Shown: positions 9,869 through 18,977, numbered from the stretch's first letter. The stretch is 64,000 nucleotides of DNA from a virus (IMGVR_UViG_3300037847_007805:15410-79409); one strand, 5' to 3'. The notes: generated by a model from the letters alone, not told the origin. Translations and numbers: made by a program.

Positions 9869-10233
9869 ATCTATCAAATACAGTTCCACCACTAATTCAC
9901 AAGTGGTCAAAAGCTATCAGCTTGATGAATCCAAAATTAATGGCGGATTTTTATTGTGAAAACGCTGTCTTAGTAGGCACTTACAGTCAGCCTTATGAAA
10001 TCGGCAAAAAACAAATTTTAAAATACTTTGAAGATTTTTTGAATAATGATAGTATGACTTGTGTTATTAACGAGCAAACTTGTCAAAAAATAGGAAATTT
10101 ATGTGTTTCAAGTGGAGTTTACACTTTTACAATAAATGGAGAAAGTATTGAAGCGAGATTTAGTTTTGTTTGTATTCCAAGAAACGGTCAAATGAAAATT
10201 TTAAACCATCATTCGTCTGTTTATGAAAGATAG
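9862..10233 (+). CDS. NTF2/SnoaL-like (CaMKII association domain-like, DUF4440) protein
   Basis: YCENAVL...I.KYFEDF...SGVYTF...ARFSF...KILNHHSS. Confidence 0.7.
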   Translation: MVNLSNTVPPLIHKWSKAISLMNPKLMADFYCENAVLVGTYSQPYEIGKKQILKYFEDFLNNDSMTCVINEQTCQKIGNLCVSSGVYTFTINGESIEARFSFVCIPRNGQMKILNHHSSVYER

Positions 10234-10432
10234 TCAGATAGTAGCGTTATCAACTTTCGTATTATTTACGGGAGAAGCATACGGTCATTATTTAATTGCA
10301 AAAAATGAGGGCAAAGAAAAGTTTACTTTTTATTTCCCTGAATTTGATACAACAGTAAAAAATTTAATGTTAGTTGGTGCTTTTTCTTTGGCTAATGGAT
10401 TTATAGTATCACAAGTAAAAAAACTTTTATAA
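10223..10432 (+). CDS. Small membrane protein
   Basis: Two hydrophobic segments in 69 aa. Confidence 0.55.
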   Translation: MKDSQIVALSTFVLFTGEAYGHYLIAKNEGKEKFTFYFPEFDTTVKNLMLVGAFSLANGFIVSQVKKLL

Positions 10433-10575
10433 TGGTATATAGAGAATCAGGAGAAGAATCAAAAAAAGAAAAAATACATAAAAACCTTTTGCTTGTTTTT
10501 ACAGCAGTAGGTATAATTAGTTTTAGTTTAGGTGCGTTAGTAAATTACCATACATTAAAAAAAATCAATAAATAA
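10432..10575 (+). CDS. Small membrane protein (47 aa, not in ORF track)
   Basis: MVYRESGEESKKEKIHKNLLLVFTAVGIISFSLGALVNYHTLKKINK; TAATG overlaps at both ends. Confidence 0.6.
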   Translation: MVYRESGEESKKEKIHKNLLLVFTAVGIISFSLGALVNYHTLKKINK

Positions 10576-10964
10576 TGATTTCAATTTCAGGTAATATACA
10601 AAACACTTTGGGTGAGCCATTAATGGGGGCAAATGTTTATGCAGATACCTTAAGTGGTAAACAAGGGGGAATATCCGATTTTGATGGAGATTTTAAAATA
10701 AATTTTGACCAAGAATTATCATCTCCTATAACAATTTCTTATATGGGCTATAAGAGTGAAACCTTCAGCCCTGAACAATTACAAAATTCACAGGTAACCC
10801 TTGAAGAAAACATTGAAGAATTAGATGCGGTATTTATTAGTAACAAAAAACCTAAAAGCAAAAAAAAGTTAGAAAAAAACAAACTTATAGGAATTATTAG
10901 CATAGGTGCAGGTCTTTTAGCCTTGGGAATAATCCTTGTAAATATAAATAGAAATGGAAAATAA
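10575..10964 (+). CDS. CarboxypepD_reg-like (SusC N-terminal) domain protein with C-terminal anchor
   Basis: GEPLMGANV...SDFDGDF.I...ISYMGY...L.E....LDAV.I. Confidence 0.8.
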   Translation: MISISGNIQNTLGEPLMGANVYADTLSGKQGGISDFDGDFKINFDQELSSPITISYMGYKSETFSPEQLQNSQVTLEENIEELDAVFISNKKPKSKKKLEKNKLIGIISIGAGLLALGIILVNINRNGK

Positions 10965-11286
10965 ACCTACAAATCAAACAGCAGAAACTACAGGGGCTGA
11001 AGCAGTAGCCTCTCAAGATACAGCAGGGGCAGTAGATAGTACAAGCCCTTCGCCATCTAATTTTGAAGAAGGTGGTGAATTAAAAGCAGGTGGGGAATAC
11101 TCACTTGTATATTATTTGACATTTGCATTATTACTTTCTGCATCAGCTTATAGTATTTATTATCATAGACAGGCATTAAACAAATTAATGGACGATGATA
11201 ATGATGAACTAAAAAGAGAAGTGCGTGAAGTAAAATCTAATCTTAAAAAATTAATGGGCAACAAGTATGAAATTATCACTAAATAA
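10954..11286 (+). CDS. Membrane protein with an FEEGG motif before the TM helix
   Basis: Low-complexity N-terminus, NFEEGGELKAGG, TM helix, short coil. Confidence 0.6.
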   Translation: MENKPTNQTAETTGAEAVASQDTAGAVDSTSPSPSNFEEGGELKAGGEYSLVYYLTFALLLSASAYSIYYHRQALNKLMDDDNDELKREVREVKSNLKKLMGNKYEIITK

Positions 11287-11917
11287 TATAACATACGGAA
11301 ATCCTAATTCATCTCACAAGAAGGCTTTATCAAAAACCTGTCTTGTGGATTCTTTATTTGAGGAACTAACAAAATTTCCATTTCCTGAAAATGAAAGCGA
11401 TACTACAAAACAAGAACTAAATGAACTTGTAGATTACTTAGAAGATATGGACATTGTAGATAATGAAAAAATTAGAAAAAGATACATTTTCTACGATAGA
11501 AACCTATTTCAAGCAATCATAAATACTTTCAGAACTGATAAAGTAGATATAAAACAACTTATAAACGATATTGATAATGACATAACAGGTTTAATAGTAA
11601 AATTAAAATACTTTTACCAAAGACCAAGACCTTATCAACTTGCCAATTATTACAAACTAAAACTTTTTCCAATAAATACAAAATCGGGACATTCACCGTC
11701 TTATCCAAGCGGACACACTACACAGGCTTATGTAATTTTAACAATTTTAGGAAATCTTGTGCCTGAATACTATCAAAAAACAAAAAAAATGATAGAAGAT
11801 GTTGCGTATAGCAGATGCTATATGGGTGTCCATTATCAAACTGATAATGATTTTGCGTTTCTTGTAGCACAAAAGATTTTAAAACAACCTGAATTTGTTG
11901 AAAAATATGGAATTTGA
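11267..11917 (+). CDS. PAP2/vanadium-haloperoxidase superfamily phosphatase
   Basis: KxxxxRxRP, SYPSGH and SRxxxGVHYxxD motifs. Confidence 0.85.
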   Translation: MKLSLNNITYGNPNSSHKKALSKTCLVDSLFEELTKFPFPENESDTTKQELNELVDYLEDMDIVDNEKIRKRYIFYDRNLFQAIINTFRTDKVDIKQLINDIDNDITGLIVKLKYFYQRPRPYQLANYYKLKLFPINTKSGHSPSYPSGHTTQAYVILTILGNLVPEYYQKTKKMIEDVAYSRCYMGVHYQTDNDFAFLVAQKILKQPEFVEKYGI

Positions 11918-12314
11918 AAACATTACTTTTCCTGTTTGTCCTTTTCCAAAACCGAGAATGACACAAAGAGATAGGTGGAAAAAAAGACCTGTTGTAGTCA
12001 AATATCATATTTACAAAGATAGCATGAAGCACTATGCAAATGAATTTAATTATTGTGTAGATGAGGATTTATCTTTGACATTTATAATGCCCTTTCCTAA
12101 ATCTTACTCAAAAAAGAAAAAAAATGAATTAAGAGGAAAACCACATAGGTTAAGACCTGATTTAGACAATCTACTAAAAGCATTCAAAGATGCTCTTTGT
12201 CAAGAAGATTCATATATACACACTTATAGTAGTATTCAAAAAATATGGGGAGATGATGGAAAAATCATAGTAAAGAAACTTAAACTTGAAGAAAATGACA
12301 CTACTCCCGAATAG
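11907..12314 (+). CDS. rusA: RusA-family Holliday junction resolvase
   Basis: PKPRMT...RPDLDNLLKAFKDAL...EDS. Confidence 0.85.
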   Translation: MEFENITFPVCPFPKPRMTQRDRWKKRPVVVKYHIYKDSMKHYANEFNYCVDEDLSLTFIMPFPKSYSKKKKNELRGKPHRLRPDLDNLLKAFKDALCQEDSYIHTYSSIQKIWGDDGKIIVKKLKLEENDTTPE

Positions 12315-12891
12315 CAATAAATCAAAACACGAAGATTTATTTATTGAATTTTCATATTTCACAAGAGATTATGGAACAAATGCTTTATTGCATAATTTAA
12401 AAATTCTAAACGATTCTTCAGGCTACCTTGAAAACCAATCCTCACAAGAAGAAATTTTGACACATGAATTGGGTCTTGCTTTTTCAGAATATGGCATAAA
12501 TTTTATTTCACTTTTTTTTCAAACAAATCGAACTAAAATGCTTAATTTTGAATACAGCGAAAACTCGGCATTAAATGACAAGGTTTTTGAAATTATTTGT
12601 AGGGTTTTTAAAACTACCAAGGATTCAATCTTAGACAAGTTTGATAGAGATGGAGTAAGAGTTTATGCAAGTGGTTCGCTATTTAAATTGTTATTAGATA
12701 CTTGTGGATATAGTGTAAAAGAGGTAATGTTGCTCACAGGAAAGCCAAGAAGCATAATTAGTAGACACAAAAACATAATCAGCAATTTAGACCATAAACA
12801 CATATTTGATAAAAAGATTATCAAAAAATTTATAGAATCTAAAAAACAATTAATTAAATATATTTTAAATGAGTACAAGCAAGAAAACTAA
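12295..12891 (+). CDS. Hypothetical protein with possible C-terminal HTH
   Basis: GYSVKEVMLLTGKPRSIISRH helix-turn-helix-like segment. Confidence 0.45.
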   Translation: MTLLPNSNKSKHEDLFIEFSYFTRDYGTNALLHNLKILNDSSGYLENQSSQEEILTHELGLAFSEYGINFISLFFQTNRTKMLNFEYSENSALNDKVFEIICRVFKTTKDSILDKFDRDGVRVYASGSLFKLLLDTCGYSVKEVMLLTGKPRSIISRHKNIISNLDHKHIFDKKIIKKFIESKKQLIKYILNEYKQEN

Positions 12892-13843
12892 TGACGAAGC
12901 AGAAGAAGTAGAGTTTGAAGAAGTCGGCTCTTTTGATGCTAACCCTGATTTTTCTCCTTTTGACGAACCTGTTAAAGAAAGAGATTATACTAAGCCAAAC
13001 ATAGATGCTTCACAAATTGAAGGTGAATTAGAAGAACCTACATTTGAAGCACCAAGTTTTTCTGATTTTGAAGAAGAAGAAGAACCCAAACCATTTAATC
13101 CAAGTTACAATGAATTAGGTAATAAGGAAAAACAAATGGGTGCGGAAATGATTGCAGACGTTGTAGTAGACGGATATGCTCGTTTGAAAAAAGGTATGGG
13201 TAGCCTTTCCACTATTTCAGAAAATAAATTAGAAAGAGAATTTGCTGAAGGAAATATCAACCCTAATTTACAATTACCTATAGATGAATATGGAAATACT
13301 GCATCTATTAGAGAATTTGTAAAAGAGTTTAATGAAACAAGTAAAGAAGCGTTTGATACTCCTCAAGATTTTAAAGAAAAAGTAAAGCCACCTCTTATTA
13401 GAGTATTCAAAAAAAGAGGTGTAGGAATGACTGATGAACAGTTATTACTTTACTATTTTGGAACTGACTTTGCTACAGCAGGTATTACCGCATTTGGTCT
13501 TAAAAAATCAGCAGATGGGATTTTGAAACAATTAAGAGAACAAACTGATTTAATGCGTTCTCCCGCAAGTCCACCACCCCCACCTTCTAATCAATCATCA
13601 ACAGATGTTTCGGAAAGTGAAAGTGAGTTTGAAGAACCTGAAGAAGTTTTTGAGGTACAGCCCGATATAGTAGCACCAAAGAAACAGTCGAACTCAAACT
13701 TTAGTTCAGAGCAAGAAGTTCCTGAAAATATGCCTTCTTTTGGCGACCCTGCTATTTTGAAGGAGATTGATAAGATTGCTTCACAAGAGAACTTAGATTC
13801 AAAACCCAAACGAAAAAGGGGTAGACCTAAAAAGAAAAAATAG
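12869..13843 (+). CDS. Acidic protein upstream of the packaging ATPase, with a C-terminal AT-hook-like motif
   Basis: Acidic termini, hydrophobic LLLYYFGTDFATAGITAFGL, terminal KRKRGRPKKKK. Confidence 0.6.
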   Translation: MSTSKKTNDEAEEVEFEEVGSFDANPDFSPFDEPVKERDYTKPNIDASQIEGELEEPTFEAPSFSDFEEEEEPKPFNPSYNELGNKEKQMGAEMIADVVVDGYARLKKGMGSLSTISENKLEREFAEGNINPNLQLPIDEYGNTASIREFVKEFNETSKEAFDTPQDFKEKVKPPLIRVFKKRGVGMTDEQLLLYYFGTDFATAGITAFGLKKSADGILKQLREQTDLMRSPASPPPPPSNQSSTDVSESESEFEEPEEVFEVQPDIVAPKKQSNSNFSSEQEVPENMPSFGDPAILKEIDKIASQENLDSKPKRKRGRPKKKK

Positions 13844-13997
13844 GCATTATGTTTACCAAGGAAACAAATACATTAACTAACCTGTTTTTACGGGGAATTA
13901 GTTTAACAACTCCGTGTGTTACTTATACATACATAACTTTAGATAATCAAACATTTGTTTGTATAGATGAAAAATACACGATAAAATATCATACAAT

Positions 13998-14810
13998 ATG
14001 AGAGAGCCAAAATTAGGAGTAGCTGTAGGGAAAAAAGGTGTAGGGAAAACTTACACTACTGATAAGGTAATACAAAGCTATGTTCAAGGTAACCCGAGCA
14101 AAGGTGTAAAACCAAGACGAGCATTAATACTTGATGTAAATGATGAATTTGAACATATAAAAGCCTTACGAGTAAAAGACGTTATGAAGTTTTCTGTCCA
14201 CCCTACCGTAGAAGCAAGAAGAATACGACCATTTATGGAAGATGGTCAAAAAATGACCATAAGAGAAATTCAAGAAACTTTATTTGAAATCTTAAGACAC
14301 TATAGAGGCGGTTTACTTTTGATAGAGGATATAAACAGATATATTTCAGACCAACTACCAAATGACGTTGTGGGTGCTATATGTACAAACAGACACTCTG
14401 ACACAGATATAATTCTTCATTTTCAATCTATTGGAAGGGTAACTACAAAAATTTGGCAGAACCTAAATTGGTTAAGATTTCATAAAAACACCGATTCTGT
14501 AGATAGACACAAACACAAATTTGAAGATAAATTTGAATATCTTAAAATAGCAGAAATTTTAGTAAACCATAAATACTATAATGGCGATGAAAGATATTTT
14601 TTATATGTAGATGTTGATAGTGAGAAGATATTAGGAAACGTATCAAAAAAAGATTTAGATTTTGCTATCGAGGAATACATTTCTAAGTATTATAAAAAAA
14701 TTGTTACTCCACTTTTAAATCAAGTTGGCATGGACGGAAAAAAGAAATATACACCCGAATCAGCCATCAAAGAGATTAAATCCAAGATTTACAAGAATTT
14801 TAGTAAATAA
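13998..14810 (+). CDS. A32/FtsK-HerA-type genome packaging ATPase
   Basis: Walker A GKKGVGKT, Walker B LLLIED, Arg finger NRH and sensor ILHFQS; 270 aa with no nuclease domain. Confidence 0.8.
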   Translation: MREPKLGVAVGKKGVGKTYTTDKVIQSYVQGNPSKGVKPRRALILDVNDEFEHIKALRVKDVMKFSVHPTVEARRIRPFMEDGQKMTIREIQETLFEILRHYRGGLLLIEDINRYISDQLPNDVVGAICTNRHSDTDIILHFQSIGRVTTKIWQNLNWLRFHKNTDSVDRHKHKFEDKFEYLKIAEILVNHKYYNGDERYFLYVDVDSEKILGNVSKKDLDFAIEEYISKYYKKIVTPLLNQVGMDGKKKYTPESAIKEIKSKIYKNFSK

Positions 14811-14876
14811 ATGCAATTATCCTTTTTATTTGCAGATAATTTTATTTATTAAAATAAAAATTATTATAAAAGACAA

Positions 14877-14884
14877 TATATTTG
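14877..14884 (+). promoter_or_regulatory. Bacteroidota-type -7 promoter element upstream of the capsid operon
   Basis: Intergenic TATATTTG. Confidence 0.6.
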
Positions 14885-14947
14885 AAGCGTAGATAGTTCT
14901 GTAACTGTTTACGCTAATTTATTTATTAACTTTTATATCATTCTGTA

Positions 14948-15076
14948 ATGAATACCAAAGTGCTTATGGAGTTTGGTAAGTCCGTTTTAACTGTCGTTGT
15001 AGGAGTAGCTGTATATAATGCAGTAAAACCTATGCTCGATAAGGCAAAATTGTCTGCACCAAGTTCTGACGAATAG
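14948..15076 (+). CDS. 42-aa membrane protein immediately upstream of the capsid candidate (not in ORF track)
   Basis: MNTKVLMEFGKSVLTVVVGVAVYNAVKPMLDKAKLSAPSSDE. Confidence 0.65.
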   Translation: MNTKVLMEFGKSVLTVVVGVAVYNAVKPMLDKAKLSAPSSDE

Positions 15077-15127
15077 TCAAACGAAATTTTAAAAATTATT
15101 TATTAACCTTATTTTAAATTATTTATC

Positions 15128-15820
15128 ATGTCAAATGTACGCAGATATTTAGCAAATGCACAGAGAATGGCAAACGAATCTTTCTCTAATGCAGATGGTT
15201 TCATTGATGATGATTTGTCTTTCACAGGCGAAGATTTTTTCAGTGCTAATGGAGTAGGCGGTGGTTCAGCACCAACTTCTCAACCATATATTGTTACTGT
15301 AACTTCTACATCAGGAAGTGCTGTATCAAACTTTAAGGTGCTTGGTTCTTACGAGTATCTTAACAATTCAGGTTTCACCGCAGGTGGCGACCTTGTAATT
15401 GGTTCAATCACTATTTCAAGTGGAATTTCAGGTATCACATACCGTGAAATGTTGTACCAATTTATGAACAATCCGTATAGTGTAGGACTTACTTATGTAC
15501 AGTCAGCTACAGCTAATCAGATTTTGGAAACTATTTCTGTTAATACAAGAGATGCTAACGGTAATGAAGCACAAAAAACACTTGTGCCAACAATCGACCC
15601 GTATCAGCAACAATCTACAGTATTAGCTATGAAATATGCTTACCGAATTGATGGTTTCACAAAACTAATCATTCGTCAGATTTTAGCTAACGCTACTGTT
15701 AAATTGTACTTCTACCCATCTGACAACATTAACCTTGCAAGAGGTCTTGCAGGACAAAATGTTTCTCGTCAGTACGGAAACCCAGGCATTGTAAAAGCAC
15801 AAACTATCAAATTAACATAA
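15128..15820 (+). CDS. Candidate major capsid protein, probably single jelly-roll
   Basis: Beta-rich and soluble; follows the packaging ATPase; flanked by a promoter element and a strong terminator; frequent TTC/AAC/CGT codons suggest high expression. Confidence 0.6.
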   Translation: MSNVRRYLANAQRMANESFSNADGFIDDDLSFTGEDFFSANGVGGGSAPTSQPYIVTVTSTSGSAVSNFKVLGSYEYLNNSGFTAGGDLVIGSITISSGISGITYREMLYQFMNNPYSVGLTYVQSATANQILETISVNTRDANGNEAQKTLVPTIDPYQQQSTVLAMKYAYRIDGFTKLIIRQILANATVKLYFYPSDNINLARGLAGQNVSRQYGNPGIVKAQTIKLT

Positions 15821-15860
15821 TTAGATAGTTAATGCTTAACAATAGTATTGGATAATTAAC

Positions 15861-15896
15861 AAGGGGCGGATTGATTTATTCAACTTGCCCCTTTTT
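15861..15896 (+). terminator. Intrinsic terminator after the capsid candidate
   Basis: AAGGGGC...GCCCCTT stem running into a T tract. Confidence 0.8.
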
Positions 15897-15910
15897 AAAA
15901 TTTAAAAACT

Positions 15911-16276
15911 ATGGACGTATATAATTATGTAGCAGGTGCATCACCAATTAAAGCACAGGGTATTATAAACAGCTTTGGATATAAAGTCGTAGATAAAAAC
16001 GATATGGGTGGAAACCTTAAGTCGCTTGTGGCAAAAGAGGGAGAACCCGCACTTAAAATGATATTAGAATCACACCCTGATAAAGATGTGATTTTAGAAC
16101 TTTACGGAACTTCTGAAGGGGAGTGTAAAACCTGTAGAGATTCACAAATTATAGAAAAATTTTTAAACGCAAGTGGTAAAGAGCAAAGCGAGGCTAAAAA
16201 AAGTGATAATAACTTTTCATTAGTTTTCCTTGCAGGTATTTTGGCATTATCATTTGCAATCATTTCAAAAAAATAA
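15911..16276 (+). CDS. Virion membrane protein with C-terminal anchor and FLNASG motif
   Basis: Helical N-domain; FSLVFLAGILALSFAIISKK. Confidence 0.65.
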   Translation: MDVYNYVAGASPIKAQGIINSFGYKVVDKNDMGGNLKSLVAKEGEPALKMILESHPDKDVILELYGTSEGECKTCRDSQIIEKFLNASGKEQSEAKKSDNNFSLVFLAGILALSFAIISKK

Positions 16277-16279
16277 AAA

Positions 16280-16951
16280 ATGGCTCGATTTAACAAATTA
16301 GGACAAGCTATTGGTATTGCCATTTCAAAAGATGAGCAGGGAATAAGAAATTTGCTTCAAAGAAACGGTGTATCAACAGCTAACATAAAAACTAAAAACC
16401 AACTTGCAGATGTTTTTGTAGAATCACTTGTCGCATCTAAAGGTTTGGCTCAAGATTTTTCAAACTATGTAAAATCTAAAGATAATGTAAACTTCATGTA
16501 TAATAATGCAGGTGGAATGTATAACAACATGACATTAGAAATGTCATCTTTTGCAAGTGTTGTTGGTGATGGAGTGCCTGATGCTTATAATATGACGGGA
16601 GATGAATCAAATACTAACATTTGGTCGCCTTCAGGAACAAGCACTTCAGTAAATGCTGATGGCGAAAATGAAGAAGAAAAGAAAAAAGGTGGATTTTTTG
16701 AAGGAATAACCTTAAAAGAAATACTTAATCAAGCTAAAGATATTTACTTAGCTGATAAAAATGATTCAATCGCAAGACAAGAAACAGAACAAATAAAGAC
16801 AATAGCTAACACGCAAATCAATAACGATAATTTTTCACCTAACAGAACTTCTCCTGAAAAAAAATCAAACACAGGACTATATATTTTCCTTGGTGTTTTA
16901 GGATTAGCAGTCGTTGGTGGGGTTATTTATTTCGTATCAAAAAAGAAATAA
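16280..16951 (+). CDS. Virion membrane protein with C-terminal anchor and YNNAGG motif
   Basis: DEQGIRNLLQRNG domain shared with neighbours; LGVLGLAVVGGVIYFVSKKK. Confidence 0.7.
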   Translation: MARFNKLGQAIGIAISKDEQGIRNLLQRNGVSTANIKTKNQLADVFVESLVASKGLAQDFSNYVKSKDNVNFMYNNAGGMYNNMTLEMSSFASVVGDGVPDAYNMTGDESNTNIWSPSGTSTSVNADGENEEEKKKGGFFEGITLKEILNQAKDIYLADKNDSIARQETEQIKTIANTQINNDNFSPNRTSPEKKSNTGLYIFLGVLGLAVVGGVIYFVSKKK

Positions 16952-16952
16952 T

Positions 16953-17552
16953 ATGGCAACACAAGACCAATTACGTCAATTAGGAAATGCTGTAGGATTT
17001 TTGTCAGTAGCTGATATTCAAGGGCTTTCTAACCTTTTAGCTAAATATGGCAATATGCCTGATAACATTTCTTATCAAAGTTTGAATAAAGCAACAATAG
17101 AATCTTTATCAAACCGAAATTTTTACCAAGAATTTTTAAGATTAGTTTCTGCTAATGTAAAAGAGGTTGCTCAAATTAACCAATTCAGCAATGTAGCAGG
17201 TGATACGGTTGCAACTACCCCTGCAACCACTCCCGCTTCAACGGGTTCAGGCTTTTTTTCAGGGTTTAACTTAAACACTCTAATCGGTCTTGGAACTACT
17301 ATTTACGCAACTGAATCAGCAGGAAAACAACAAGACAGGCTGTTAAATGCTCAAGCTAATCAACAAGCACAGCAAAACCAAGATACGATTATGGCAGGTC
17401 AATTAGCTTTAGAAACCGAAAAATTAAAACTTGCTCAAATTCAGGCGGGTGGTGGACAAGGCGGTGCTAACAACACTATGCTATATGTAGGATTAGGTAT
17501 ATTAGGATTACTTGTAGTTGGTGGAGTTATTTACGCAGTAGCTAAAAAATAA
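16953..17552 (+). CDS. Paralog of 16280 protein with FSNVAG motif
   Basis: LGNAVG...DIQGLSNLLAKYG; GILGLLVVGGVIYAVAKK; start moved to ATG 16953. Confidence 0.7.
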   Translation: MATQDQLRQLGNAVGFLSVADIQGLSNLLAKYGNMPDNISYQSLNKATIESLSNRNFYQEFLRLVSANVKEVAQINQFSNVAGDTVATTPATTPASTGSGFFSGFNLNTLIGLGTTIYATESAGKQQDRLLNAQANQQAQQNQDTIMAGQLALETEKLKLAQIQAGGGQGGANNTMLYVGLGILGLLVVGGVIYAVAKK

Positions 17553-17555
17553 TAT

Positions 17556-17783
17556 ATGAAAAGTCCAAAAGAGATAGTTGAAGATGTTTCTTCAATGACC
17601 GATGAAAAGAAAAGAAAAGCATTTATGGTAAAAGCACAGTCAAGTGTGCATGGTGCTTTTTGGGGTGGTGCTTTTGGTCTTATGTTCGCTTTTTATAAAG
17701 GCAAAAATAAATATACAAGTGCCTTATTAGGTGCGGGTATTGGTGCGTTAGTGTCGAACCTTTTAACCGTTGAAAAAAAATAA
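17556..17783 (+). CDS. Glycine-zipper two-TM membrane protein
   Basis: GAFWGGAFG and LLGAGIGALV. Confidence 0.65.
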   Translation: MKSPKEIVEDVSSMTDEKKRKAFMVKAQSSVHGAFWGGAFGLMFAFYKGKNKYTSALLGAGIGALVSNLLTVEKK

Positions 17784-17787
17784 AATT

Positions 17788-18060
17788 ATGATAAATCCCG
17801 AAAGAAAGTATACGTTTGGCGACCCCAAGAATAAAAGTCAATTTTTTATAGATAATAATGTGACAATTTTACCTGTTAGGGGTGATAGAATGACAAAAGA
17901 GGAACAAAAAGCTAAAATAGAAGAAGAAAAAATAAAATTACAGGCAAGTCAAGATGAAAAGAAAATAAAGGAAAAAATCAAAAGAAATAAAAATGTTCTT
18001 ATATATGTGGCTGTAGCAGTAGCAGGTTTCTTTGCTTATAAAAAATTATTTAAAAAATAA
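17788..18060 (+). CDS. Small protein with C-terminal anchor
   Basis: VLIYVAVAVAGFFAYKKLFKK. Confidence 0.65.
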   Translation: MINPERKYTFGDPKNKSQFFIDNNVTILPVRGDRMTKEEQKAKIEEEKIKLQASQDEKKIKEKIKRNKNVLIYVAVAVAGFFAYKKLFKK

Positions 18061-18403
18061 AGTTATGAGAAAAATGAGTAAGGAAGCACAATTAGAACGC
18101 TTAAGAAAAAAATTAGCAGAATTTGAGGCTATCATGCAAAAAGGCGGTAAAGTTCAAGGTACTGTTGATAGTTTAAGAAAACAAATTGCTGTTTTAGAAC
18201 AAGCAACTTCAAAAAGCGACAAAAACATTGACTTAAGCAATTTAAAACCTGTCGGTGGTTCTGACACAGAAAAAGAAGTTTTTGAAATGCAAAGACAAGA
18301 ATTTGAAAAGGAAAAAAAGAAAGAAAAAAATAAAAAAATTCTTTTATACGTTGCCCTTGCAGTAGCAGGTTTCTTTGCTTATAAAAAATTATTTAAAAAA
18401 TAA
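18016..18403 (+). repeat. Identical 45-bp direct repeat (18016-18060 and 18359-18403) encoding the membrane-anchor end of two genes
   Basis: gcagtagcaggtttctttgcttataaaaaattatttaaaaaataa occurs twice. Confidence 0.9.
18065..18403 (+). CDS. Coiled-coil protein with C-terminal anchor
   Basis: ILLYVALAVAGFFAYKKLFKK. Confidence 0.65.
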   Translation: MRKMSKEAQLERLRKKLAEFEAIMQKGGKVQGTVDSLRKQIAVLEQATSKSDKNIDLSNLKPVGGSDTEKEVFEMQRQEFEKEKKKEKNKKILLYVALAVAGFFAYKKLFKK

Positions 18404-18829
18404 ATGATGCATCATTCAGATTACATGGAAGATTTTAACAATGCTATGGGTGGAAATTATAATTTCGGACTACATGGTTTTAAGCCTTCAAAAGGTAGTT
18501 TACTAAATACTTCTGTATTGGATAAAAAATTACGAGGAATTAGTGATAGTAGTGAATTGAAATCTGATGTCCAACCATCTGAAGAAGAATTACAAATGCA
18601 AGAAAAATATATGCAAGAGTTGATAGATGCAAATAAAAAATATCGTGCTACTTTAATTGGTGGTAGGATAGGAAGTTCTTTGGGCTTCATTGTAGCTTTA
18701 GGCTACGCTTTTAAAGTAAAGTCAGGATTTTGGAAAGGTTGGGGTTATACAATCTTGGGAAGCATGGCTTTAGGTGGATTAGGGGCAGGAGTAGGTTTTG
18801 CTATTGATTCATCAAAGAAGAATAATTAA
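18404..18829 (+). CDS. Two-TM glycine-rich membrane protein with FNNAMG motif
   Basis: GGRIGSSLG...KSGFWKGWGY...GGLGAGVG. Confidence 0.65.
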   Translation: MMHHSDYMEDFNNAMGGNYNFGLHGFKPSKGSLLNTSVLDKKLRGISDSSELKSDVQPSEEELQMQEKYMQELIDANKKYRATLIGGRIGSSLGFIVALGYAFKVKSGFWKGWGYTILGSMALGGLGAGVGFAIDSSKKNN

Positions 18830-18857
18830 TATATGTTAAACTTTAAATTTTAAAACT

Positions 18858-18977
18858 ATGAAATTAGATGTTAAATCTTTAGTAGGAGTAGCAGTATCAG
18901 TTGCTGTACTTTATGTAACCGTATATTACGGTGGACAAGCGTGGAAGCGTTCTCAAGAAGGTGAGAAACTATTATAA
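18858..18977 (+). CDS. 39-aa membrane protein (not in ORF track)
   Basis: MKLDVKSLVGVAVSVAVLYVTVYYGGQAWKRSQEGEKLL. Confidence 0.6.
   Translation: MKLDVKSLVGVAVSVAVLYVTVYYGGQAWKRSQEGEKLL

Noticed and set aside
13849-14001. 50-aa ORF overlapping the ATPase start (ATGA)
   Set aside because: It may be real, but it has no recognisable features and its composition is uninformative, so it was not listed.
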